From Vulcanimicrobiota bacterium (GTDB taxonomy: Bacteria > Vulcanimicrobiota > Xenobia > Xenobiales > JADMJV01): a DNA stretch of 64,000 nt. This document shows, one piece after another, positions 7,140 to 16,434 of the stretch (its first letter is position 1; each line of letters begins with the position of its first letter). The position numbers and the translations under genes were made by a program. Below the pieces are notes generated by a model. That model saw only the letters and a program-made list of their open reading frames with translations. It had not been told where the DNA came from and made no database searches. Where the stretch lies: NCBI GenBank assembly GCA_050250895.1, contig JBFWNU010000001.1, forward strand, positions 2,406,210-2,470,209, written 5' to 3'.

Positions 7140-8726
7140 ATGGCCGTCACCGACTCGGGCGCTCGTCGTCTTTTCGACAGCGCCTTGCGCTTTCTGGTCG
7201 AGGCCCTGAGAGCCGACCGAGCCCTGGTGCTCTATGGCGAGACCAACCTCGAAGTCAAGGCCGCCCATGGCTTCAATCCCCGCACCGCGCTGGTCGGCGG
7301 CCCCCTGAGCATGGCCTTGCTCGAGCGGGTCCGCAGCAGCGCCGCCCCGCTGATGTTGGCCGACGCCCGTCGAGATAAGACAGTGGGTGACCATTTGAGC
7401 GTTGAACTGTCGGGTCTGCGCTCGGTGGTGTGCGTGCCTTTGCTGGCGCCCCGGGGCGAGGTGGCGGGCCTGCTCTATGGCGACAGCGTCGAGCACAACA
7501 GCCTGTTCGGCAATGAGCAATTGAGCAAACTGGTCGATTTCGCCAGCCGGCTCGAACGGGCTCTCTTTTCGGGGCAGGCTCTCGAGTTGCCGGCCGCCCA
7601 AGCGCCAAAGCGCCGCAAGCGAGTCGAGGTGGCTCCTGCCTCGCCCGCCCAAGAGGTGGCGCGGCCCCTGGCGATGGGTGAGCCGTCCGGACTAGGGCTG
7701 CGCGACTCGAGCAACTTCTTCCGATCGTTGGGGCTGATGGTGCAGACCGGGCTACCGATTCATCGAGGCCTGGCTTTGTTGGCCGAACATCGCGACTTGC
7801 CGGCCCTGGCCGGCGTATCGGGCTTTCTACTCAACGACCTGCTCAAAGGCAAGAGCCTGTCGTCGAGCATGGAGCGACTGCCGGCTAGCTTTGCGCCCTT
7901 TGTGGTCCAGCTGGTTCGAGCGGGTGAGAATTCCGGCTCGCTGCCTCACGTGCTGGCCGCCCTGGCCGCCCACCAGGAGCGCTCGGAGCGGCTCACCCTG
8001 AAGCTTCGCAGCGCTCTCACCTATCCGGCCGCGGTGCTGGGGGTGACGCTAGTCCTGTTGGCGGTGGGCCCGCCTTATCTACTCAAGAGCCAGATTCAGC
8101 TGATTGAGGGTTCGGGGGTGGCCCTCGGTTGGCTGACCCAGGCTCTCATCCTGGCCTCGAAGATCGTGGTCTCGCCACTTTTCTGGGGGGTCGCCGTGGC
8201 CGGGCTGGTGGGGTTGGCGGTGGCCGCCCGGACCGGCTTGCGAAACCCCGACCAGCGGCGGCGTTTGGCCGTGATGGGGCTGAAGGTTCCCTTGCTCGGT
8301 TCAGTGTTGCGGTTGGCCGCCGTCAGCCGCTTCGCCAGCGCCCTATCGCTGCAACTCAAAGCGGGTGTGCTGTTGGCCGATGCCCTCGAACAGGCGGCCC
8401 AGGCGGCTGCTCACCCGCTCTTGCTCGAGCGGATGCCTGTGGTCTTGAGTCGCCTCAAGAACGGGGCCGGTCTGGCCGAATGTCTGGCGGAAGCCCAACT
8501 CTTTCCTCGCTCCTTCCTGGGTATCATCGAAGCGGCCGAGTCCACCGCCAGTGTGCCGGGCATGCTCGATTGGGTTCATCAGCACTACGAACTCGAAATC
8601 GATTCGGGACTATCAGCCCTAACGGCCGCCCTCGAGCCTCTGGTGTTGGGCCTGGTGGGCGGAGTGGTCGGCCTGACGGTGCTGGCCAGCATGGTGCCGG
8701 TGATCAAGATGCTGGAGGTGCTCTAG
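7140..8726 (+). CDS. GAF domain fused to a GspF/PilC-type (T2SS/T4P) inner-membrane platform protein
   Basis: Internal Met (MAVTDSGARR) 2 nt after the kinase stop. N-terminal GAF-like region (LVLYGETNLEVKAAHGF...VCVPLLAPRGEVAGLLYGDS). Two T2SSF repeats (FFRSLGLMVQTGLPIHRGLALL...GENSGSLPHVL; ...IIEAAESTASVPGMLDWV...) and the typical C-terminal TM (LVLGLVGGVVGLTVLASMVPVIKM). Confidence 0.75.
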   Translation: MAVTDSGARRLFDSALRFLVEALRADRALVLYGETNLEVKAAHGFNPRTALVGGPLSMALLERVRSSAAPLMLADARRDKTVGDHLSVELSGLRSVVCVPLLAPRGEVAGLLYGDSVEHNSLFGNEQLSKLVDFASRLERALFSGQALELPAAQAPKRRKRVEVAPASPAQEVARPLAMGEPSGLGLRDSSNFFRSLGLMVQTGLPIHRGLALLAEHRDLPALAGVSGFLLNDLLKGKSLSSSMERLPASFAPFVVQLVRAGENSGSLPHVLAALAAHQERSERLTLKLRSALTYPAAVLGVTLVLLAVGPPYLLKSQIQLIEGSGVALGWLTQALILASKIVVSPLFWGVAVAGLVGLAVAARTGLRNPDQRRRLAVMGLKVPLLGSVLRLAAVSRFASALSLQLKAGVLLADALEQAAQAAAHPLLLERMPVVLSRLKNGAGLAECLAEAQLFPRSFLGIIEAAESTASVPGMLDWVHQHYELEIDSGLSALTAALEPLVLGLVGGVVGLTVLASMVPVIKMLEVL

Positions 8727-10324
8727 TGAAACAGCGCGGCCTCAGTCTGGGCACGGTCATCCTGGTGGTGAGCTTGTTGGCGACCCTGGGGCTGACCCTG
8801 GCCGCCGCCAGCGTTTCTCACCTGCATCTGATGACCCGGGCCAGCAACGCCCGCCGGGCCGAGAGCGTGGCTCGTTCGACGGTGGCTCAGGCGGTCGAAC
8901 ACATCTTGAGTTCCGTCGATCAGCGCTACGGCACCGCCGGGGAGAGCCTCGAGGTAGAGTTTGCCAGTGGGGTCGGTTATCTCAGCTTCGATCCCGACGA
9001 AGCCCGCCGCCACGGACTGCCGCGGAGTTGGAACAACATCGAGTCAAGCACCTCTTTGACCACTCCCGAGTCGGTCGTAGTGCCGGGCGAGTCGATCTAT
9101 CTGGTGGCCAGCGGCACGGTGGGCGGGGTCACCCGGCGGGTCGAAGCCATCTATCACATGGGGTCGTTTCCCTATGCCCTGGCTGCGGCCGGACCCATCG
9201 TGGCCCGGGGCGGGCTGACCGTCTCGGGGCTGGGTGAGAACGACGGTGGCGGCGGCCTGCCACCGCGAATCGAGTTGGCTCCGGCCGATCTGCACTCGAA
9301 TGCGCCCGGAGCCAAAGCCATCGAATTGGGAGCCGACACCCATATCGGGGGAGACGTGCAGGCAGTGGGAGATGTCTTTCTCGATCCGGCCGCGCCGGCG
9401 GACTCGATCGAGATTCAGGGCGAACTGCGCCATCGCGCTTCGGTGGTGGCCCTGCCCGCCTTCGAGCCCGAGCACTACGACCCGTCGGTGCTGGGGCGTA
9501 GCTTCGAGCCTTTCGACGACTCGCCCTATAGCGGCGAACTAGAAGTAGAGGGAGTGGCTCGGGCCAATCACGGCCTCGAGGTCAACGGCGGTCTGAGCCT
9601 GGACTCTGCCCTGTTGTTTGTCGAGGGCGACCTGATCGTCAACGGTCCCCTCAAAGGCAAGGGCATCCTGGTGGTGACCGGCCGGACCGTCATTCGGGGA
9701 GGGGCCGATTTCCAGACCGGCAACAAGCTGGCCCTGATGAGCCAGGGGCCGGTGGAGATTTCGGGCAGCGGTCAGGCGGGCTCGTTCTTCCAGGGGATGA
9801 TTCACACCCACTCGAGCTTTCAAGCCGACCGCATTACCGTGGTCGGCTCGTTGATCGCGGCCGGCAACCAGGCCGATGTGGTCTCGCTGCGCGAAGTCCG
9901 CATCATCCGGCCCGAGGGCTCGGGGGCCGTCGAGGTGGCCCTGGGTGGCGGTACCAATCCCGCCGGTGATGTGGAAGTCAGTGCCAGTGTGGCCATGCCC
10001 GGGGGCTTCAGCCGCTTGCTCACCCTCAGAGGCAGGGTGAGCGGACAGGCCTTTCGCGGAATCTGGCTGGTGGACGGAACACCGGTGCTCGACGAGCCTC
10101 TGCGCATCGACAAACAGTTGGCCGAGACTCTGACCTACTTCATTTCACAGATACCAGAGCTACGCGGGGCCATTCGTCCCCGGGATGCGGCCGACCAGCT
10201 GGCCAATCAACTCATCAACGGAGGCCCCCAAAACACCGGTAATCCGGCCGTCGTGATGGCCGACCCCAGCCGGCTGCTCAGCCCGCTCGAGCGCATGCGG
10301 CTGCTGGTCTGGAGAACCCAATGA
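8726..10324 (+). CDS. PilX-like pseudopilin-related protein (large minor-pilin-like)
   Basis: GTG start overlapping the upstream stop by 1 nt. N-terminus VKQRGLSLGTVILVVSLLATLGLTLAAASV resembles the PilX N-terminal domain (no Glu+5). ~530 aa, Gly-rich beta-type repeats. Confidence 0.65.
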   Translation: MKQRGLSLGTVILVVSLLATLGLTLAAASVSHLHLMTRASNARRAESVARSTVAQAVEHILSSVDQRYGTAGESLEVEFASGVGYLSFDPDEARRHGLPRSWNNIESSTSLTTPESVVVPGESIYLVASGTVGGVTRRVEAIYHMGSFPYALAAAGPIVARGGLTVSGLGENDGGGGLPPRIELAPADLHSNAPGAKAIELGADTHIGGDVQAVGDVFLDPAAPADSIEIQGELRHRASVVALPAFEPEHYDPSVLGRSFEPFDDSPYSGELEVEGVARANHGLEVNGGLSLDSALLFVEGDLIVNGPLKGKGILVVTGRTVIRGGADFQTGNKLALMSQGPVEISGSGQAGSFFQGMIHTHSSFQADRITVVGSLIAAGNQADVVSLREVRIIRPEGSGAVEVALGGGTNPAGDVEVSASVAMPGGFSRLLTLRGRVSGQAFRGIWLVDGTPVLDEPLRIDKQLAETLTYFISQIPELRGAIRPRDAADQLANQLINGGPQNTGNPAVVMADPSRLLSPLERMRLLVWRTQ

Positions 10325-10707
10325 GGCGGCGCGGGCTGAGCTTGATCGAAACGGTGGTGGCGGCCGCCCTGGTCGGACTGGTCGTGCTGCTGGTCACCAA
10401 TCTGTTTCCCCTTTCCCTGACCGGCGTGCGCCAGCAAGAGCAGTATTTGCAGGCGGATCTACTGGCCGGCTCGGTGCTGGCCGATCAGCAGATGGTGCCC
10501 TTCGTGGAGTTGACACCGGGCGACCGCCAGGTGCTCGACCCGGTCGAAGTCGATGGGGTGGCCTATACCGCCACTGTCGAAATCGATAGGGTCTCGGGCA
10601 GCGACCCGGCCTATCTTAAAGCGGTGCGCGTGACCGTGAACTGGCAGTATCAAGCCCAGGCGCGACAGACGGTGGAGGAGGTCTGGGTCGATGCGGTCGG
10701 GCGTTAG
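10321..10707 (+). CDS. prepilin-type N-terminal cleavage/methylation domain pseudopilin (GspI/PilV-like)
   Basis: MRRRG|LSLIETVVAAALVGLVVLLV is a class III signal peptide with Glu at +5. ATGA overlap with the upstream gene. Confidence 0.75.
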   Translation: MRRRGLSLIETVVAAALVGLVVLLVTNLFPLSLTGVRQQEQYLQADLLAGSVLADQQMVPFVELTPGDRQVLDPVEVDGVAYTATVEIDRVSGSDPAYLKAVRVTVNWQYQAQARQTVEEVWVDAVGR

Positions 10708-11293
10708 GGCCTATACCCTGGTCGAGGTGCTGGTGGCAGCCTTTCTCATGAGCCTGTTGCTGACCGTGCTGTTTCAGGTGCTTTTTCCGCTGGTGCGAGC
10801 CTCTCACCGCAGCTACCGGCGCATCTCGATGCAAGAGGTGGGAGGTTTGGCTCTCGACCGCCTGGCCCGCCAGTTCGAGGCCACTCCGGCCGTGGGCGTC
10901 ACCCCGCCTCAGACAACGGCCCAGCAGGTAGTGCTGGCTCTTCATCCCATCGATTCGGTCTCGAGCAGCGGTCGCCAGTTCTATGCCGACCACCTCGAGG
11001 TGTTTCACTGGCGACGCGACAGCGGCCGCCTCATCCATGAAACCTGGACCGAGGCGGGCGTAGACCTCAGTCTCGAGCCACGCCGCCTGACCGCCATCGA
11101 ACTTCAGGCCGTTGTCGACAGCGACAACGGCAGCGAGCGGGTGCTGGCTCATGGAGTGACCAGCTTTGTGGTCGCCGCGGCTGGTAGCGGACCCGGCCTG
11201 GTATTGCCGCTCACGGTGACGCTCAAGCTCGAAGACCAGAGCGACAGGCTCGAACTGAGCCGGCGTCTTTACCTGATGAACTCTAGCCTCTAA
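10691..11293 (+). CDS. prepilin-type pseudopilin (GspJ/PilW-like)
   Basis: MRSGVRA|YTLVEVLVAAFLMSLLLTVLF with Glu at +5 and a hydrophobic helix. 17-nt overlap with the upstream gene. Confidence 0.65.
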   Translation: MRSGVRAYTLVEVLVAAFLMSLLLTVLFQVLFPLVRASHRSYRRISMQEVGGLALDRLARQFEATPAVGVTPPQTTAQQVVLALHPIDSVSSSGRQFYADHLEVFHWRRDSGRLIHETWTEAGVDLSLEPRRLTAIELQAVVDSDNGSERVLAHGVTSFVVAAAGSGPGLVLPLTVTLKLEDQSDRLELSRRLYLMNSSL

Positions 11294-11329
11294 CAAGACG
11301 TTCTTGTGACGGTCTTGTGGTGAGCTGTC

Positions 11330-14300
11330 ATGACTATGAATGTGCGTCGTCAACCTTTTAGCGTCAACACTGCGCCAGGAGTCACCCTCCAAGGCGAGAT
11401 GACGCTGCCTGCAGACCTCAAGCCGGGCGAGAAGCGTCCTGCCATCGTGCTGGTGGCCGGGTCGGGACCCAACGACCGGGACGAGACGATGCCTTCTGAC
11501 ATCACCGCCTCGGGCCGGCTCGAGAAGCCCTTCAAGACCATCGCCGACACTTTGAGCGACGCCGGCCTGATCGTGGTTCGCTACGACAAGCGCGGGGTCA
11601 ATGGGCCGCAAACCGGCGATACGGCCAATCTCGACCAGGCGCTCTGGCGCAAAACCACCGGCCAGGATTTCATCCAGGACGCTCAGGCGGTGCTCCACCA
11701 GGTGGGCCAGGACCCCAACGTGGCCAGCGTATCGGTGCTCGGCCACAGTGAAGGCACGCTGATAGCCGGGGCTCTGGCGGCCGCTGGCGCGCCCCTGGCC
11801 AGCCTGATCCTGATGGGGCTGGTGGCCCAGCCGTTCGGCCAGGTGGTGGTCCACCAGGTCGAGGGGCAGGAGAAAGCCTTTTTCGACGGTCTGCCGCGCC
11901 AGGCCGACGGCAGCGTGAAGGCCGAAGGCGACCTGGTCGCTCTCGACGCCGACCATAACGGCAAGCTCAGCTGGGACGAGATGCAGGGCACTTTCGCCAA
12001 ATCCATGCAAGAAAAGCTCGAGCAAGGGCCGGCCGACGAACTGTTGGGCAACAAGCCCATCGGCTGGTATCGCTCCTGGCTCGAGGCCCCCTCGAACCTC
12101 GAGCAGATGACCAAAGCCGCTCCCCACCTGGCCCAGGTTCCCATCCTGTTGATGGCCGGCGAGAACGATGTGCAAACCCCGCTGGCCTCAGAGGCGCTGC
12201 CAATGCAGGCCAAGCTGCATTCGCTGGGACTGGTCAGCCAGCTCAAGACCTATCCGGGCCTGGGTCATGTCTTTAGCCCCGACCGCGACGGCACGGCCAC
12301 CTTTGGACCGCTCGACCAGACCTTCGTCGACGATCTCAAGAATTGGGCCGTCAAAACGCTGCTACCCGACAAGCCCCAACCCATCGTGTTCGGGCCGCGC
12401 ACCTACACCTTTACACCGCCGGCCCTGGCCGAATCCGATCTGGCCCAGGCCCGTACTCAGCTAGGAACCACCAAGACCCTGCGTCGGGCCCTGCAGATGC
12501 AGCACAAATTTCTGGCTCGCACTCCCTTTCTCGAGATGCAAGACCAGCAGTTCGAGCCCACCTTGAAATGGCTGCAAGACAATCCATTCACCAAAGAGCT
12601 GCTGGCCCCCACGGCCCAGTTCGCTTTTTCGCTTTATCAGCGGGCCGACCGACTTCCCTATGATTCCAAAGACCAGACCCAAGAGGCCCCCGAGGTGGCT
12701 CGGGCCAGGGCTGACCGGGTTGGTCAACTGGTGGCGGACTGGCATCGCCAGGGTCTGTTTCAGGCCACCCTCGACGGGCAGGCGCTGACCACCGACCAAC
12801 TGGTCGAAACCCTCAAGACCGTCAATCCTGGGCTCGGCCCCGATGGCCTCGAGTTCGTGTCGAGCAAACCCGGAGGTGAGGCCCTCAAGCGCTTCTATCA
12901 CGGTGACACCAAGGCCCGGCGTCGCGAGGTCGACCAGCTCGAGAGTCAGGCCCGCCGCGACCCCAAGACCGGCCTGCGCTTCTTTCGCGAAGCCCGGGAC
13001 TCTTATCTTGCCAACCAGGACACGTCCATCTTTCGCGAGTTCGGCATCTTGCTCGAAGAAGCGTCGTCGCGTCCCGCGCTCTACGCCCAGTTCTCCCAGG
13101 CGGCTCCCGAGATTCTTGAGCTCTACACCGAGTGCGAGCGCTTCGGCCTGGCCGCCCCCGAGATGGCGGTCTCGATGCACGAGGTCAACCGAATTCTCTT
13201 CCCCGTGCCCCTGATGGCCCCAGAGGCTGTCACCGCCGACATGCTCTTGCCTTATTTCATCGGCCCCGACCGTTCCGACCGGGAACGAGCCGCCGATCTG
13301 ATCGAAGCCGTGTGGATGAAGCAGCCCGAGTCGGTAACTGCCAGCATGGACCAGATTATCGAGCATTCGCCGGCTACGCGTTGGGTCGACCATTCGCTGC
13401 TCGGGTCGCATCCCGAGGATGCCCTGCCCTGGGAGCTCGCCCGGGTGGCGGCCCAGCGCCACGGCTGGAAACCCCGCCCCGAACAGCAGGACTGGACGCA
13501 GGCCGTCCAGGCCCTCAAAGTCGAGCGCGATCCCAACCCCGAGCCGCTGGCCAGGGTGCAAGAGGCGATCGCCGCCCGCACCTCCCTTTCGCAGGGCCAG
13601 CTGCTCGAGCTGCATTCCACCCTCGAGCAACTGCGAGCCAACGACAAAGAGGCTGCCTGGCGGGGACACCTTTCGCGCCAGCTCGGCCAGGCCTGCCCCC
13701 TCGAGGATTCAGAAGTGAAGGCGGTCATGGATGGTCTGGCCTGGAGCAAGCTCAGCGACCCGGCCGCCCCGGTCGAACTCAAGGCTCAGTTCACTCTGGT
13801 CGACTCTCAGACCCGAGGCCGTCCGGCCTTGCGCCGTGAGTTTCTTGAGCACCTGGGCGATGGCAAGGTGGTGCTCGACGTCACTCAGCACGACTGGCGC
13901 TCGATGCGCGGCCTGACCGACGAGTGGTTCGAGCACAAGCTCGAGCCGGCCCTGAGGGCCGACAATCCGACCGAACTGGTGCGCCAGGCCGCCCAGTCGA
14001 TGGTGACCCTCAAAGAAGCTCATTCCCACCAGTTCACCATGGTCTACACTCAGATTCAGCGTTACTGGGACGGCAAGCTGGCCGAGCTCGGCATCGACCG
14101 GGGCCTGCTGCGCGCCCACGCCGTCAATGTCAAAGAAGAGATCGCGGTGCTGGCCACCGTGGTAGCCGGTGCTCCCCAGACGGTGACCACGCGTCTGGAG
14201 CAGTACAACCACATGCGCGAGAGTTTGCCCGATCTAAAAACCGAAGAGGCCGACCGGGTCTTCGCCGAGTTGCAGGCTCATCCCGACGGTTTCGACCAGG

Positions 14301-14707
14301 GCCTCAAAGCCACCATCACCGAGGCCGACGTGCGCAAGACGCGGATGATCAAGCTGAAGGCTCGCATCCCCGGCCTGAGCGAGCCGCAGGCCGAGAAGTT
14401 GCTGGAGCAAGCCGTCCATCACCCCGACGGCTGGGACAAAGGCCTCGACGCAGCCGCGGCCGCCGCCGACCAGCGTCGCCAGCACATGTCGCAGTTGCTC
14501 GACCTGATGCCGACCCTTAACCGGCAAAAGGCCGAAGAGATGCTAGACCAGGCCGAGAACCATCCTGACGGCTGGGAGGCCGGCCTGGCTCAGGTTCTGC
14601 GCGGTGAGGTCGTCGGCGCTCCGGCCCAGCCGCCGACCCCGGCCGAGCTGTTGCTGGGCGAAGACTTTCTCAAGATTGGCGACATCGAAATCGGCATCCA
14701 GGACTAG
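11330..14707 (+). CDS. 1125-aa alpha/beta-hydrolase-fold protein with canonical EF-hand loop and long helical C-terminal region carrying three HPDG(F/W)DxGL repeats
   Basis: GHSEG (GxSxG nucleophile elbow); later Asp (GENDVQTP) and His (GLGHVF) candidates. EF-hand loop DADHNGKLSWDE (11944-11979). Repeats AHPDGFDQGL / HHPDGWDKGL / NHPDGWEAGL spaced ~46 aa apart (14270-14600). No N-terminal signal peptide. Confidence 0.7.
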   Translation: MTMNVRRQPFSVNTAPGVTLQGEMTLPADLKPGEKRPAIVLVAGSGPNDRDETMPSDITASGRLEKPFKTIADTLSDAGLIVVRYDKRGVNGPQTGDTANLDQALWRKTTGQDFIQDAQAVLHQVGQDPNVASVSVLGHSEGTLIAGALAAAGAPLASLILMGLVAQPFGQVVVHQVEGQEKAFFDGLPRQADGSVKAEGDLVALDADHNGKLSWDEMQGTFAKSMQEKLEQGPADELLGNKPIGWYRSWLEAPSNLEQMTKAAPHLAQVPILLMAGENDVQTPLASEALPMQAKLHSLGLVSQLKTYPGLGHVFSPDRDGTATFGPLDQTFVDDLKNWAVKTLLPDKPQPIVFGPRTYTFTPPALAESDLAQARTQLGTTKTLRRALQMQHKFLARTPFLEMQDQQFEPTLKWLQDNPFTKELLAPTAQFAFSLYQRADRLPYDSKDQTQEAPEVARARADRVGQLVADWHRQGLFQATLDGQALTTDQLVETLKTVNPGLGPDGLEFVSSKPGGEALKRFYHGDTKARRREVDQLESQARRDPKTGLRFFREARDSYLANQDTSIFREFGILLEEASSRPALYAQFSQAAPEILELYTECERFGLAAPEMAVSMHEVNRILFPVPLMAPEAVTADMLLPYFIGPDRSDRERAADLIEAVWMKQPESVTASMDQIIEHSPATRWVDHSLLGSHPEDALPWELARVAAQRHGWKPRPEQQDWTQAVQALKVERDPNPEPLARVQEAIAARTSLSQGQLLELHSTLEQLRANDKEAAWRGHLSRQLGQACPLEDSEVKAVMDGLAWSKLSDPAAPVELKAQFTLVDSQTRGRPALRREFLEHLGDGKVVLDVTQHDWRSMRGLTDEWFEHKLEPALRADNPTELVRQAAQSMVTLKEAHSHQFTMVYTQIQRYWDGKLAELGIDRGLLRAHAVNVKEEIAVLATVVAGAPQTVTTRLEQYNHMRESLPDLKTEEADRVFAELQAHPDGFDQGLKATITEADVRKTRMIKLKARIPGLSEPQAEKLLEQAVHHPDGWDKGLDAAAAAADQRRQHMSQLLDLMPTLNRQKAEEMLDQAENHPDGWEAGLAQVLRGEVVGAPAQPPTPAELLLGEDFLKIGDIEIGIQD

Positions 14708-14906
14708 CGGTTTTTAGTCTAGTTTCAGGGTCGGTTGGTAGCTTCGCAAACAGAGACCGCTGCCGGTTGAACCACGCCTCTTTTGGTTGCGGTGCAGGGT
14801 GATAGTCCCCTGTGGAAGGCGTGACGATGAAGGTTCAACCGCTGACGAAACAGCAGGCCATCGGTCGCTTGCAGGCCGAAGAAGCCGCTTTTTGCAAGCC
14901 AATCAA

Positions 14907-15797
14907 ATGCCCGAGGCCACCGCCATCATCGAGGCCCGCGAGACGCTCGAGCGCGGCCGCGGCGACAATCTTTGGGAGATCTATAGCCAGGCCCGTCAGG
15001 ACGAGGCTCGGTGGCAGCGAGTCAAGGCCGTGGTCTTGCCGCGCGAGCAGACGGGCCGCGAACAGGCCAGGACCTTTCTCGCTCTAACCGGCGCCGGACT
15101 GGCTCTGGGGGGCATCGGCAACTTTGTGGCCATCGGCGATCCCCGTCATGCCCTGGTGTCCACGGCGCTCTGTGGAGTGATGGTGCTGGCTGACGGCATG
15201 GTCATGGCCCTCTCCGACGATTTCAAGACCGATTTCAGCCGCACCCTGGGAGCCTTCAACGCTACCACCGCCTGCGTCGGTCTAGCCACGAACCATTGGG
15301 TCTCGGGAATCGCCGCCGGGGGCGCGACCCTGGCGGTGGCGATCGCCGTTGCGAGCCTGGGCCACTTTCAGGCTGGTAAACATCGCCAGATTCAGGCTGT
15401 GGTCACCGACCATCGGCAGCTCTTCGCGGCGCCCCCCAGCGCCTCGGCCCAACTCGCTTCGGCCATCACCAAGAACGACATCCTCGAGACCGTCACCAAG
15501 CGCAGCCAGCGAGCGATCGAGGAGGGCGACTACGCCAGCGCCATGGACGCTCGCGAGGACCTCCAGCGATTGACCGACCTCAAGGGAGACACCTTTCACG
15601 AGATGTTCCTGGCCAGTCGCGGCCTCGAGCGGGACCGAGAGCTGCTGACCCGATATGCCGAGGCGATCCTCGAGGATGCGCGCAGTCGCGACGACATCAA
15701 GGCTATCGTTGCCGGCGAGCCGTCGGTGGCCCAGCTTTTGATTGGCGACGACGCTGTCGACGTCGGCGACCAGCACTTGCCGGTCGTGTCCAGTTAG
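14907..15797 (+). CDS. hypothetical membrane protein
   Basis: Internal Met (MPEATAIIE) of the 336-aa ORF. Two or three predicted TM segments (LALTGAGLALGGIGNFVAI; GGATLAVAIAVASLG). Start uncertain. Confidence 0.4.
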   Translation: MPEATAIIEARETLERGRGDNLWEIYSQARQDEARWQRVKAVVLPREQTGREQARTFLALTGAGLALGGIGNFVAIGDPRHALVSTALCGVMVLADGMVMALSDDFKTDFSRTLGAFNATTACVGLATNHWVSGIAAGGATLAVAIAVASLGHFQAGKHRQIQAVVTDHRQLFAAPPSASAQLASAITKNDILETVTKRSQRAIEEGDYASAMDAREDLQRLTDLKGDTFHEMFLASRGLERDRELLTRYAEAILEDARSRDDIKAIVAGEPSVAQLLIGDDAVDVGDQHLPVVSS

Positions 15798-15831
15798 ACC
15801 GTGGTTGGGCAGTTCGCCTGGCGACCGACCT

Positions 15832-16377
15832 TTAGTAAACCGGGTGGTAGAGCATGGCCACCGCTCCCGAGTCGAACTCGACCTGGTCGACCAGTTGCAG
15901 GTCGACCAGTTTCGAGAGCCCGGCCAAGAGGTAGGGACCGTGGCCGGCCAGTCTAGGTTGCACCACGAATTCGTACTCGTCGATCAAACCGAGTTCGGCC
16001 AGGGCCAGGGGAAGCTGGACACCTCCGGTCAAGAGTCCTCGACCGGGTTGTTGCTTGAGTCGGGTAACCGCCTTCGCCAGGTCGCCCTGGAGCAGTTCGG
16101 CGTTCCAGTCGACCTCGGTCAAAGTGCTAGAAACGACATATTTCTTGGCCGCCTCGATGGTGTGGGCGAAAGGCTCGGTCCAGGCGGGCATCGCTTGGGA
16201 CCGGGGCGAGCGAAAGGCCGTCTCCATCATTTCGTAGGTCACTCGGCCGTAGAGCAGGGCCTCGGCGCGTTCAATATTGGCGGTGTGGAAGCGATGCAAT
16301 TGCTCGTCGGGCACGCCGACCCGGTGATCGCAGCAGCCGTCTAAAGTGACATTGATGCAGTAGCGAAGAGGTTGCAT
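15832..16377 (-). CDS. dihydrofolate reductase-like protein (RibD C-terminal domain family)
   Basis: Internal Met (MQPLRYCINVTLDGCCDHRVG...) of the 202-aa ORF. Pattern ...LYGRVTYEMM...KKYVVSSTL...GGVQLPLALAELGLIDEYEFVVQPRLAG is typical of the RibD_C/DHFR-like family. Confidence 0.65.
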   Translation of the reverse strand: MQPLRYCINVTLDGCCDHRVGVPDEQLHRFHTANIERAEALLYGRVTYEMMETAFRSPRSQAMPAWTEPFAHTIEAAKKYVVSSTLTEVDWNAELLQGDLAKAVTRLKQQPGRGLLTGGVQLPLALAELGLIDEYEFVVQPRLAGHGPYLLAGLSKLVDLQLVDQVEFDSGAVAMLYHPVY

Positions 16378-16418
16378 GGCGCCGCGACTTCGCGACCTGC
16401 TATGGACGACCCCTGCCC

Positions 16419-16434
16419 GGTGATCGGTGTCACG
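16419..16434. promoter_or_regulatory. CRP/FNR-like palindromic site GGTGA-N6-TCACG, conserved upstream of cassette copies A and C
   Basis: ggtgatcggtgtcacg matches the TGTGA-N6-TCACA architecture at 4/5 + 4/5. An identical 16-mer occurs at 24228-24243. Confidence 0.4.

Noticed and set aside
8129-8725. Upstream 199 codons of the 731-aa ORF as PilX N-terminus
   Set aside because: It overlaps the GspF gene in another frame. The pilin-like hydrophobic N-terminus appears only at the GTG at 8726.
10616-12175. 519-aa minus-strand ORF (and similar long antisense ORFs 12461..13669, 24239..25150, 47890..49413, 56980..57660, 61122..62333)
   Set aside because: Each lies antisense to a better-supported gene with recognisable motifs. 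High GC suppresses stop codons in the antisense frames. Products are Arg/Gly/His-rich with no motifs.
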